DNA of 38,526 bases. Origin: a virus (lineage: Duplodnaviria; Caudoviricetes). Every line of letters begins with the position of its first letter. The first letter of the stretch is position 1. The stretch is from the IMG/VR virus record IMGVR_UViG_3300022930_000016, positions 1 to 38,526 of that record, one strand, 5' to 3'. Under the pieces are notes generated by a model. That model made no database searches. It was given only the letters and a program-made list of their open reading frames with translations, and was not told where the DNA came from. Positions 1-7,687 of the stretch are shown piece by piece. The translations under genes and the position numbers were made by a program.

Positions 1-127
1 GTAGGCAATTCCCCTGATTTAACTAATTGGTTAATCCTTGCCTTTGAAACGCCTTTTAATTTAGCATACTCGCTTTGAGTATAAAGGTCTTTTCTGATTT
101 CTTTTGCCATTTTACTTTATTAAGTTT
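1..127. repeat. Terminal direct repeat, identical to 38400-38526 (circular assembly overlap)
   Basis: Exact 127-nt match of the contig start and end; it includes most of an ORF that is complete only in the end copy. Confidence 0.95.
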
Positions 128-137
128 TTAAGTTTAA

Positions 138-168
138 TAAAAGCCCATTCTTTAAAACAGGCTTTTTG
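138..168 (-). terminator. Hairpin plus U-tract in the leader of the replication operon
   Basis: Minus strand AAAAGCCTGTT-TTAAAG-AATGGGCTTTT-ATT, with G-U pairs that form only on the minus strand. Confidence 0.5.
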
Positions 169-183
169 ATATTTATTTATAAG

Positions 184-191
184 CAAATATA
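184..191 (-). promoter_or_regulatory. Bacteroidota -7 promoter element for the HTH/HNH/replication operon
   Basis: TATATTTG matches TAnnTTTG, upstream of the HTH gene ATG at 110/38509. Confidence 0.6.
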
Positions 192-367
192 ATACTTTTT
201 ATTTAATCAGCCTAATTTTTACTAGACTTAATTATTTGTAAAGATAGGGGGTTTTGTTGGGTTGTGAAAATTATAGTATTCTATTTTTTGCAATATTAAA
301 ATATGTTTCCATGCTGTAATTCTAATTTCATAATCCTAAATTTCATGCCTATTGGCGTTAGTGGGTT

Positions 368-556
368 TTACTTCGGCATCATTCCGAATGTTTTGCTGTT
401 TTCTACAAACTGATTTAATATTTTCAATGCCATTTTTATATCTGCTGTTTTTCTGACATGGATAATAGCATCAATCAAATCATCTTCATCTTGTTCTGGA
501 TTAGGTTTGTTTAGTTTTTCTAATTCCTTGTTAAGTATCTTTATCGCTTCTTTCAT
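368..556 (-). CDS. Hypothetical protein (62 aa)
   Basis: ORF in a tightly packed minus-strand operon. Confidence 0.6.
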   Translation of the reverse strand: MKEAIKILNKELEKLNKPNPEQDEDDLIDAIIHVRKTADIKMALKILNQFVENSKTFGMMPK

Positions 557-562
557 CCCAAT

Positions 563-796
563 TTATTTTAAAGTTTCTTTGTTTGTTGTGTAGGTTGAGG
601 TGTAGTAAGTTTCTCCGTCTATACCTCCAGAATATAATCCGAAGTTAGTGGCATCAATAATTTGCTGTTCTTCGGTTTTTAAGTACGAAGTTGCAGTAAT
701 AATACATTCGTGTATAGCATCTTTTGCGATTCCTAATACTTCTGATTTTTTCATAGAGTTTAAATCCTCTAATAGTTCCGTTAAGGCTGTTTTCAT
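563..796 (-). CDS. Hypothetical protein (77 aa)
   Basis: ATG overlaps the upstream stop. Confidence 0.7.
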   Translation of the reverse strand: MKTALTELLEDLNSMKKSEVLGIAKDAIHECIITATSYLKTEEQQIIDATNFGLYSGGIDGETYYTSTYTTNKETLK

Positions 797-1032
797 AATT
801 TTAATTTAAGTTGGTTTTTGTGTTGGGTTAGAAGTGTTAATTGCTCTATAATATAATCAAATACTTCTTCTTCTTTTTCTGGATATTGTACAAATCCTCT
901 TGAGCTCATTACAGAAAATAATTCTTCATTAGTTTCTCCATCTCTGAATATATCTGTAAAATAATCATCTTGAATAGTAACTCCTGTCGCTTCAATTAGT
1001 TCGTTTATTTGATCTATTTTTTCTTGGTTCAT
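793..1032 (-). CDS. Acidic hypothetical protein (79 aa)
   Basis: ORF with an A-rich start context. Confidence 0.7.
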   Translation of the reverse strand: MNQEKIDQINELIEATGVTIQDDYFTDIFRDGETNEELFSVMSSRGFVQYPEKEEEVFDYIIEQLTLLTQHKNQLKLKL

Positions 1033-1049
1033 TTCCGTTTAGGTTTTAA

Positions 1050-1319
1050 TTATTTTTTTGATGGGTTAGTTTCGTTATAGACAATATTAGCTCTTGAAAT
1101 GGCATGACTAACAGCCTCTAATCTTGTATTGAATCCACAACGCATTGTTAGTTTTTTATGATATACGTATGAATCAAATTTTTGTTCGATTAAAGTCGAC
1201 TTGTGATAATGTATTAAACGCCCTTTAACTTGTATTAGATAGTTAACAGAATCAAAAAATTCTACATACAATGCGCTCATAAATAAATCGCTCAATGGCT
1301 CTGAGCCTAAATAATACAT
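1050..1319 (-). CDS. Hypothetical protein; frame is open ~20 codons upstream of the ATG
   Basis: ORF track; upstream in-frame ELTGKCKEDFDAW has no ATG. Confidence 0.55.
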   Translation of the reverse strand: MYYLGSEPLSDLFMSALYVEFFDSVNYLIQVKGRLIHYHKSTLIEQKFDSYVYHKKLTMRCGFNTRLEAVSHAISRANIVYNETNPSKK

Positions 1320-1363
1320 TTCTCTTTTTATCCATGCATCAAAATCCTCTTTACATTTTCCGG

Positions 1364-1489
1364 TTAATTCATGCGTATCCCTATCTCTTTAATAATTTTA
1401 CGTAACACTTCTCTATTTGTCGGTTCCGGCAACAATCGTTTTTTAAGTCGGGTGTTTTCTTCATCAAAAATGTCTTTAGTTATTTTCAT
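1364..1489 (-). CDS. Small hypothetical protein (41 aa, MKITKDIFDEEN...)
   Basis: Manual translation; ATGA overlap with the upstream stop. Confidence 0.5.
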   Translation of the reverse strand: MKITKDIFDEENTRLKKRLLPEPTNREVLRKIIKEIGIRMN

Positions 1490-1668
1490 GGTTTTGGTAA
1501 TTTATTAGTTTTACGCATTTTATTTGCGCATTCTTTAGAACATCTTTTCCTTCCGATATTGGTAACAAATAATTTTTCACAACATTCGCATTTTGTAATT
1601 ATGCTTTTGTCTTTTGAATATCTTGAAAGAAAATATGTTGAGTTAGGAGTTATCCATCCGTTTTTCAT
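1486..1668 (-). CDS. Small zinc-finger-like protein
   Basis: CECCEKLF...RCSKEC cysteine pattern. Confidence 0.55.
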   Translation of the reverse strand: MKNGWITPNSTYFLSRYSKDKSIITKCECCEKLFVTNIGRKRCSKECANKMRKTNKLPKP

Positions 1669-1687
1669 AATTCTATTTTTAGTGATT

Positions 1688-1870
1688 TTATTTATCTGTT
1701 GGTTTTACTCGCCACATGCCTACCTGATAATCCATTGGTATTCTTGCCCAATGTTCAGTAAAGTATCCAGACATTAATATCTTGTCATTTAAAGGAAAAT
1801 AAGAAGCTACTAAATAATTGCAGTCGTTTGATGTATTGTATTCTACTTTCTCAATCTGAAACTCTTTCAT
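1688..1870 (-). CDS. Hypothetical protein (60 aa)
   Basis: ORF with A-rich start context. Confidence 0.6.
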   Translation of the reverse strand: MKEFQIEKVEYNTSNDCNYLVASYFPLNDKILMSGYFTEHWARIPMDYQVGMWRVKPTDK

Positions 1871-1893
1871 AATATTTATTTTTAAGTGGTTAA

Positions 1894-2235
1894 TTAAATT
1901 ATTATTACGTCACTTGGACTAAATGTTTTAAATGTTATTTCTTTTTTTGATGTTAATTTTACGCCTACAAACTCACTTATAAATCGACCTCTTCCGTAAT
2001 TACTAAATCGTATTCTACAAAAGAATTTATGCCCGAATAAATCTTTATACCACCAATTAGAATAGGAGCAATCAATTATTTCTATTTCGCAATATTCAGC
2101 TTCTGACTTTCTATTACTAATGCATGGATGTTCAAAATATCCTGAATCTATTAACTGGACAAGTTCTGATTTGTTATAATTAGAAAACTCAACCTGCATA
2201 TCCTTTTCTATTCCTAAAGCTTTGTAGTTACTCAT
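1894..2235 (-). CDS. Hypothetical protein (113 aa)
   Basis: ORF in operon. Confidence 0.7.
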   Translation of the reverse strand: MSNYKALGIEKDMQVEFSNYNKSELVQLIDSGYFEHPCISNRKSEAEYCEIEIIDCSYSNWWYKDLFGHKFFCRIRFSNYGRGRFISEFVGVKLTSKKEITFKTFSPSDVIII

Positions 2236-2238
2236 TGA

Positions 2239-2517
2239 TTAATCTCCGTTATATGCGCCTATTCCGTAATCGTGTCCTGCTCCCGAGTTATTCACAACGA
2301 TTCTAACAGCCGAAATTACATTTTCTATAGTTTCACTAGTTGTTCCGTTTTTCGTAAATGCTACATGCTTAATTTTATTCCAAGATTCTGTGACAATTAC
2401 ACGAACTTCATTTTTGTAAGCTTTCCAAGATAATTTCAAAGCTTCAGAAAAATACATTCCGTTTATTTTTGTTAGGTTCCAAGCTGAGGTAAAAATTGTG
2501 GTTTTATTTGGTTTCAT
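2239..2517 (-). CDS. Hypothetical phage protein (92 aa; start reassigned to ATG 2517)
   Basis: MKPNKTTIFTSAW...FSEALKLSW; ATG overlaps the upstream small ORF. Confidence 0.65.
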   Translation of the reverse strand: MKPNKTTIFTSAWNLTKINGMYFSEALKLSWKAYKNEVRVIVTESWNKIKHVAFTKNGTTSETIENVISAVRIVVNNSGAGHDYGIGAYNGD

Positions 2518-2641
2518 TTTTTGATTCTTTTTTAAGTTCTTTTGTGTTTTGTAATTCAATGAATTGGTCAATTTTATCGAGTGCGTTTTTATGAACTTTT
2601 CGTGTTACCTGAATCATTGAAGGTCGTTTATGTCTTCCCAT
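2504..2641 (-). CDS. Small basic protein, RHH-like (45 aa, MGRHKRPSMIQVTRKV...)
   Basis: Manual translation; basic N-terminus, beta-strand pattern, then helix. Confidence 0.5.
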   Translation of the reverse strand: MGRHKRPSMIQVTRKVHKNALDKIDQFIELQNTKELKKESKNETK

Positions 2642-2642
2642 T

Positions 2643-2852
2643 TTATGTTGCTTTAATAAATTCTATTTTTTTAACCTTAATCGTACCTGATCTGTAAGAA
2701 TCTCCAAAAATAGTTGTTCCGAAAAAACCACCACTCTTTATATTCTTATTCCCCACAGTTGTTAATTTTCCATCTGTAAAAATTATAGTATCTCCGTTTT
2801 TGATAGTAGAGATATGAACCTCTACTATCTTCATGTTTTTAGGTAATTCCAT
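2643..2852 (-). CDS. Hypothetical protein (69 aa)
   Basis: ORF in operon. Confidence 0.65.
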   Translation of the reverse strand: MELPKNMKIVEVHISTIKNGDTIIFTDGKLTTVGNKNIKSGGFFGTTIFGDSYRSGTIKVKKIEFIKAT

Positions 2853-2853
2853 T

Positions 2854-3012
2854 TTAATAAATTGTTCTTATGTATTCAGCAATAGTATTAACTGATGTGT
2901 AGTTTTTAGAAGCTTCTTCGAAGTGCAACGAAACCATTTTAACGACTTCTTCTGAATTATTACCCCATTTTTCTAATTTTGCTATTACTTTGTTTCTTAA
3001 TGTAGTTGACAT
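2854..3012 (-). CDS. Small hypothetical protein (52 aa, MSTTLRNKVIAKLEKWG...)
   Basis: Manual translation; first ORF after a consensus promoter. Confidence 0.65.
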   Translation of the reverse strand: MSTTLRNKVIAKLEKWGNNSEEVVKMVSLHFEEASKNYTSVNTIAEYIRTIY

Positions 3013-3043
3013 GATGTTTTATTTTTTAGTTGTTATCTGAGTA

Positions 3044-3074
3044 CAAATATACGACTACTTTTGACATAAACAAA
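3044..3074 (-). promoter_or_regulatory. Consensus Bacteroidota housekeeping promoter (early)
   Basis: TTTG (3074-3071)-N19-TATATTTG (3051-3044). Confidence 0.8.
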
Positions 3075-3120
3075 TTATTTTATAATTATTTTCAAATTAT
3101 TTTATTTTCCGCATATCACT

Positions 3121-3146
3121 AAAAAAAGCCGAAGTGAATCGGCTTT
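3121..3146 (-). terminator. Intrinsic terminator
   Basis: AAAGCCGA...TCGGCTTT stem followed by a T-run on the minus strand. Confidence 0.8.
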
Positions 3147-3169
3147 GGGGATATTGGGTGTTTATAAGG

Positions 3170-3364
3170 TTATTTATCTTCAATGTCGAACCATCCTACT
3201 ACAGCGCCTAATCCGGTACATGCAGAAGCGGTATAAATTATTTCAGCTTTACCTATTGGCTACCAATTGCAACTTAATGCCTTATAAATACATCTTACTT
3301 CTCCAATTAATACGGCTAAAATTATAGCTCCGTAAATTACAATTAATGTCATTCCTGTTTTCAT
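3170..3364 (-). pseudogene. Small two-TM membrane protein gene interrupted by an in-frame TAG at 3262-3260
   Basis: MKTGMTLIVIYGAIILAVLIGEVRCIYKALSCNW*PIGKAEIIYTASACTGLGAVVGWFDIEDK*. Confidence 0.6.
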
Positions 3365-3376
3365 AATTATTTTTAT

Positions 3377-3559
3377 TTATTGATTATTAATTTTACTTTC
3401 AAACGTTTCGAATTGTTCTTCAGGCTCTTTATGATAATGATCATCAATCATTCTTTGTAAATAAACCTGATCATAATCTCGTTTGTACTCTATGGCTTTG
3501 TAATTATTCTCTACAAAGCCATTTTTAAGACGTTCCTTTTGTTCTGCGTTGTACTTCAT
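3377..3559 (-). CDS. Hypothetical protein (60 aa)
   Basis: ORF in operon. Confidence 0.5.
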   Translation of the reverse strand: MKYNAEQKERLKNGFVENNYKAIEYKRDYDQVYLQRMIDDHYHKEPEEQFETFESKINNQ

Positions 3560-3616
3560 CCGGCTCTACTGTTTCAGGGTCTATTACTTCGATGTTGTTG
3601 GGGTTGGTGGTCATGG

Positions 3617-3904
3617 CTAAAATGCGTTTGTTTTTGCTTCCACTTTCCATCCTTTGATAGTATTGAACCATTTATCAACACCGTTTGCATCTGTCCATTT
3701 TCTACCAGCTAAATTGATAAAAACTTTTGCTTCTTGACCAACTGACAACGAATCTAAAAGACTTGTTTTGTCTTGTTGAAACTCTATGTTTATTGATTGT
3801 GGGTAATTGCTTTCTTTCTCAGTTCCCAAAATAAGAGAACGTTTTTTAAAGGTTCCGTTTTCTTCGACTGTTCCAATGTGTTCAATAATTCCGTTTAATT
3901 CCAT
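3617..3904 (-). CDS. DUF3127-type OB-fold single-stranded DNA-binding protein
   Basis: FKKRSLIL...YPQSINIEF.QDK...INLAGRKW...WFNTIKGWKVE; lies next to the exonuclease. Confidence 0.85.
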   Translation of the reverse strand: MELNGIIEHIGTVEENGTFKKRSLILGTEKESNYPQSINIEFQQDKTSLLDSLSVGQEAKVFINLAGRKWTDANGVDKWFNTIKGWKVEAKTNAF

Positions 3905-3906
3905 GT

Positions 3907-4617
3907 TTAAAATTTTAATTGTTTAATTTTTTCTTCGATTCTAATTTCTAATTTATTTGCTCTTTCAATGGCAATTTTTGTCCACGCGTCAATTGTTCGC
4001 CAATCTGTAACCGTTTCAATTTTTGGCTTTATAGGTGTTCCTTTTGCTCCAATTACTTCAACTTCAACTTTCTTTTTCCACCCCATATCAACGACCGATT
4101 CACGTGTAAATTCCTCAATAAACGGCTTTATACTTTCAGGACGGTAAGCGATAAACCAAACTTTTTTAAATTTAGGATTAACGGTAAAATACTCAACAAT
4201 TTGCGGGATCTTTTCTTTTGGCGTTTTGTTCTCGACCAAAATAGCCGTGTGTTCTTTCCTGGACAAACATTTTGCTTCTGCTCCATATTCTTCACATTCC
4301 GAAATTCCATCAGGAGAAACGCCGAGTAATTTAGATTCTTCGCTTTGTAGCCATCCTGAATTATTAAATTGTATTCCGGTGTATTGTGAAATGTATTCAA
4401 GTGCTCGCGGTTCTAATTCCTTGCCACGTATCATTGCATCATTCATATAGCCTTCTTCCTCTTGGTCTTTGTATTCTTCTAGATGTTGAGAAAGCAAATC
4501 AATAAATAATGTTTCAGAATCAACAAACAGGCCTTTTGATAACGTACCACCTATTTTTCGCCATTTTATAGCGTACCACTCAGGGGTATTCTGTTCAATG
4601 TCTTTGTAGTTTATCAT
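3907..4617 (-). CDS. YqaJ-like (lambda exonuclease family) recombination nuclease
   Basis: IEQNTPEW...KIGGT, AMIRGKELEP.A, GVSPDG, EAKC motifs. Confidence 0.9.
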   Translation of the reverse strand: MINYKDIEQNTPEWYAIKWRKIGGTLSKGLFVDSETLFIDLLSQHLEEYKDQEEEGYMNDAMIRGKELEPRALEYISQYTGIQFNNSGWLQSEESKLLGVSPDGISECEEYGAEAKCLSRKEHTAILVENKTPKEKIPQIVEYFTVNPKFKKVWFIAYRPESIKPFIEEFTRESVVDMGWKKKVEVEVIGAKGTPIKPKIETVTDWRTIDAWTKIAIERANKLEIRIEEKIKQLKF

Positions 4618-5132
4618 TATTTAAGTTCGTTTTTAAGTTTGTCTTTTAAAGATAACGCTGTTGGTAAATTCTTTTCAGTCGCGGTTAATAGTTCCCAATT
4701 AGATTTTAATTCATCTAATGTTTTAGATTTGTTCAAAGTCGCCAACGCGTTTACATCTGATATTTGAGGCGCATAATACTTTTTGAATCTTGCTACATGT
4801 CCGTGTCTTTTATCGGCTAAAGCATAAAGCACAAGTGGTTTATTTAACCAATGTTCCATATACTCGCTTCCAAATTCTTTTTCGCAAAAATTAGCGTTTG
4901 TATTGTTCAAAATAACGGGCTTGTATAATGGTTTTCCGCTTGGATATTCTGAAAGCCAAAAACCTGTTCGAGTTAGTTTTTTTTGGCTATTCATGTCGAA
5001 AGTTTCTGAATCTTCAAACTTTGAAATAACGACATTCATTTCTTTTTTTAAGCCTTTTAGTTCGGCTTTTAAATCTTCTCCGCTAATGTATCGAGAATCA
5101 TTGTTTTTCTTCCAATGGGTTAATGTTTCCAT
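4617..5132 (-). CDS. Putative single-strand annealing or recombination partner protein (uncharacterised)
   Basis: Translationally coupled to the exonuclease, in the usual SSAP position; no Redbeta/Erf/Sak4 motif recognised. Confidence 0.5.
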   Translation of the reverse strand: METLTHWKKNNDSRYISGEDLKAELKGLKKEMNVVISKFEDSETFDMNSQKKLTRTGFWLSEYPSGKPLYKPVILNNTNANFCEKEFGSEYMEHWLNKPLVLYALADKRHGHVARFKKYYAPQISDVNALATLNKSKTLDELKSNWELLTATEKNLPTALSLKDKLKNELK

Positions 5133-5154
5133 AATTTTATTTCTATTTTAGGGT

Positions 5155-5316
5155 TTAAATTATTTTACTGAATGAATAGGTTGTTGAAAATAGTCCGTAG
5201 CTAACATTCTTTGGTTTCCATCCTTCGTCTTTCATGTATAACATTTTTTTTATATACTTAGGTGTTCTAAAGCACACGGAACGATTTGATATTCTTAAGG
5301 TTACTTCTATTTCCAT
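5155..5316 (-). CDS. Small hypothetical protein (53 aa)
   Basis: Manual translation; fills the operon gap. Confidence 0.45.
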   Translation of the reverse strand: MEIEVTLRISNRSVCFRTPKYIKKMLYMKDEGWKPKNVSYGLFSTTYSFSKII

Positions 5317-5318
5317 AA

Positions 5319-5504
5319 TTACTTTTTATTTAAAAGTTCTGAAAGCTTAACTAAATCGTTTCGTATTTCTTCGTATAACTCTATTGGAATTATAGCATAC
5401 CTACCCGCGTAAACTGTAAAATCTTTTTCCATTTCAAAAGTAAAGGTATTATCTTCAAAGTCAGAAGTTAGCGCCTCTCCGAATTGTACTTTTCTCATAA
5501 TCAT
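5319..5504 (-). CDS. Hypothetical protein
   Basis: ORF in operon. Confidence 0.6.
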   Translation of the reverse strand: MIMRKVQFGEALTSDFEDNTFTFEMEKDFTVYAGRYAIIPIELYEEIRNDLVKLSELLNKK

Positions 5505-5706
5505 ATTTATTTATCTGGTTAGTAATAATATTGTTTTTAAATACTTTTGCCTGTTGTTTGATTTCTTTGGCGTAGTGTGTTGTTGTTTGTATTGTTGTTA
5601 TTGCGCCATTTTTTGACACTATAATCGCTTTTAATAAGGCGCGTTTTGATCGCTTTGATTTCTTTCGGATTTGCGTTCCGTAGTGCTTGAATATTTCGGG
5701 GTTCAT
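5461..5706 (-). CDS. Basic hypothetical protein (81 aa)
   Basis: ORF in operon. Confidence 0.5.
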   Translation of the reverse strand: MNPEIFKHYGTQIRKKSKRSKRALLKAIIVSKNGAITTIQTTTHYAKEIKQQAKVFKNNIITNQINKYDYEKSTIRRGANF

Positions 5707-5708
5707 TA

Positions 5709-5945
5709 TTATTCTCCTGTTAATTTAAAATACGTTTCTTTATCTACTAATAATAAAACAGGTATTACTTTTTCTATCATTAATTCATTAATTGCGCCTA
5801 CATGTGCGCCCATAGTTATTTTTGAACCTGCTTTTACTGTATCTCCTGCAATAAAATTGCTACTTACTGAAACTAATTTTGTTCCGTTTTCAATGTCTGA
5901 AACATTCATTTCGTCTAATATTTGAAATAATCTTTTCTTTTCCAT
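5709..5945 (-). CDS. Hypothetical protein (78 aa)
   Basis: ORF in operon. Confidence 0.65.
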   Translation of the reverse strand: MEKKRLFQILDEMNVSDIENGTKLVSVSSNFIAGDTVKAGSKITMGAHVGAINELMIEKVIPVLLLVDKETYFKLTGE

Positions 5946-5952
5946 AAATATT

Positions 5953-6177
5953 TTAATTTAACTGACTAATATTCGATTCAACAGCTTTAATTATCGCATT
6001 TACATTCGGCATTTTAACCGAGTTGCTTTTATTCACGTAGTCGTTGAATTGGTATTTATGCACGTCCGATATGGTTTGCACTTGGATGAAGTTGTGATCG
6101 TTTCCGGAATATTTGTTTTCTAATTTGAAAACATTGAAATCCCGTTGGCTGTTGGTTATTACTGCAAAGTTTTTCAT
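5953..6177 (-). CDS. Hypothetical protein (74 aa)
   Basis: ORF in operon. Confidence 0.65.
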   Translation of the reverse strand: MKNFAVITNSQRDFNVFKLENKYSGNDHNFIQVQTISDVHKYQFNDYVNKSNSVKMPNVNAIIKAVESNISQLN

Positions 6178-6178
6178 G

Positions 6179-6355
6179 TTAGTAAACTTTTTTAATTTTT
6201 TTAAAATACAATTCGTCTATTTCTTCAATTCTTTCTCTTCGCTCCATGAAATACATTTCTTTTATTCCGGATGGAATTAACACATTCCCTACATGAACTT
6301 TTACAAATATTTTTTCAATAGGCAAATAACATATATAAGTTTCTTTTATTTCCAT
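6179..6355 (-). CDS. Small hypothetical protein (58 aa)
   Basis: Manual translation, MEIKETYICYLPIEK... Confidence 0.5.
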   Translation of the reverse strand: MEIKETYICYLPIEKIFVKVHVGNVLIPSGIKEMYFMERRERIEEIDELYFKKIKKVY

Positions 6356-6378
6356 AATATCACTTTGTTTTTTGGTTG

Positions 6379-6804
6379 TTAATTTTTTAGTTCTTTTTCA
6401 CGTGCTAAATGCGCATCGTATTCATCTACAAAATACCCTACACGTTTTCTTTTTGCATAAATATAAGCTAACCATTTTTTGTTTCTTTTATCCCAATAAA
6501 CACCATGATATTTACTTGTTTTATCTTTTCCGTAAACATTAAAAAGAACAGCGTTTTGTAGATGCTCTGCTATGTAGGCTCTTTCGATAATTTTCATATC
6601 GTTTTCTTCACACTCAACAATAATTTCTTTTATGTGAGCATCCCAACCATATTTTTCTACAGATTCTCTTAATAATTTATTACTACTACCTATTTTATGT
6701 TTAGTATATCTTTTATTAAGTGATTTAGTAGATCCGATATAAACACCGCCATTAGGACTGGTGATTTTATACACGCATACTATTAACGGAGTTCGCTTTC
6801 GCAT
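6379..6804 (-). CDS. GIY-YIG endonuclease with C-terminal AP2-like DNA-binding domain
   Basis: CVYKIT...VYIGST...R...ERAYI; SKYHGVYWDKRNKKWLAYI...VGYF.DE.DA..AR. Confidence 0.85.
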   Translation of the reverse strand: MRKRTPLIVCVYKITSPNGGVYIGSTKSLNKRYTKHKIGSSNKLLRESVEKYGWDAHIKEIIVECEENDMKIIERAYIAEHLQNAVLFNVYGKDKTSKYHGVYWDKRNKKWLAYIYAKRKRVGYFVDEYDAHLAREKELKN

Positions 6805-6926
6805 TCTTTTGCTTTATCGGTTAGTATTTTTTGAACCAATTCTTTGAAGGTGGTTTTTTCTTTCACGGCTTTAATCGCCAGAATCTCGATGACTTTTTCA
6901 TCTAAGTGAATTTGCTTTGCTTTCAT
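6783..6926 (-). CDS. Ribbon-helix-helix DNA-binding protein (47 aa)
   Basis: Manual translation MKAKQIHLDEKVIEILAIKAVKEKTTFKELVQKIL, an Arc/CopG-like pattern. Confidence 0.7.
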   Translation of the reverse strand: MKAKQIHLDEKVIEILAIKAVKEKTTFKELVQKILTDKAKECESELR

Positions 6927-6978
6927 ATCTTATATGTTTTATGTATTGCAAATATACAAGATATATTTAAGTACACAA
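6925..6978 (-). promoter_or_regulatory. Consensus promoter with a flanking inverted-repeat operator
   Basis: TTG (6978-6976)-N19-TATATTTG (6956-6949); inverted repeat ATATCTTATAT (6925-6935) / ATACAAGATAT (6954-6964). Confidence 0.75.
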
Positions 6979-7000
6979 TAGCAAAAGTGTTAAATTTTAT

Positions 7001-7036
7001 AAAAAAGTAAAACCGCTCCAATTAAGAAGCGGTTTT
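7001..7036 (-). terminator. Intrinsic terminator ending the late/lysis transcript
   Basis: AAAACCGCTTC-TTAATT-GGAGCGGTTTT-ACTTTTTT. Confidence 0.85.
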
Positions 7037-7116
7037 GATAATCTGTGCGGAAACCACCCCGCGATAAACTCTAAAAAATCGTAATTATGAAAGAAAAACA
7101 CCAAAAGTATTAATTC
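7003..7116 (-). ncRNA. Candidate ~110-nt small RNA
   Basis: TATCTTTA -7 element at 7128-7121, no ORF, small GC hairpin, terminator. Confidence 0.35.
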
Positions 7117-7129
7117 GTAGTAAAGATAA

Positions 7130-7687
7130 TTATAATTTCGGAACTAACGGCAGTTTTTTGTAAATACGGTAAAAAACGTAAATAATACCAATAGGAATTA
7201 AAAACCAAAGTAAATTAAACGGGCTGAACGCTTTTTTATCTATCTGTTTCGAAATGTTTTCTTTTTTTGATGCTGTTACTTCTTTTACGGCTTTTTGTTC
7301 TTTAGAAGTTTCTTTTTTCGATTCCTGCGTTTCTGTATTCGATGCTGTAATAGTATTATTCTTTTGCGTTGTTTTACGCACTATCTTTTTTGCGTTATTC
7401 AATACTACCTTTGTGCCGTCTTTTTCGATTACAAACGATTCTTTTGATGCGTCTTGCGGTGTGTATTCAGTTTCTTCAGTAACCGTTTCGTTTTTATCAT
7501 CAGTTTTTACCGTTGTAGCTGTTTTAACGTTGGTTTCTGACTGTTTTTCTGTCGTTGAATTGTCTGTTACGTTTTGCGTATTTTCTTCTTTTGATTTGTT
7601 TACTGTTGATTTACGAGCACCGCAGGAACACATAGCGAACAACATCACAAATATTAAGCATCCGTAAATTACTGATTTCTTTTTCAT
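7130..7687 (-). CDS. Unimolecular spanin-like lipoprotein
   Basis: N-terminal lipoprotein signal (..FAMCSC-G), Thr/Lys-rich periplasmic part, C-terminal TM; follows the endolysin. Confidence 0.75.
   Translation of the reverse strand: MKKKSVIYGCLIFVMLFAMCSCGARKSTVNKSKEENTQNVTDNSTTEKQSETNVKTATTVKTDDKNETVTEETEYTPQDASKESFVIEKDGTKVVLNNAKKIVRKTTQKNNTITASNTETQESKKETSKEQKAVKEVTASKKENISKQIDKKAFSPFNLLWFLIPIGIIYVFYRIYKKLPLVPKL

Noticed and set aside
296-331. 11-codon ORF MKLELQHGNIF in the control region
   Set aside because: Too short to support; possibly a gene remnant
3260-3262. Genome-wide TAG reassignment (genetic code 15)
   Set aside because: All large genes are intact under code 11, and capsid, chaperone and SSB genes end sensibly at TAG
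4128-4400. Alternate-frame ORFs inside yqaJ (also 35779-36006 in dnaB and 32459-32668 over a promoter)
   Set aside because: Nested in or overlapping better-supported features, with no motifs
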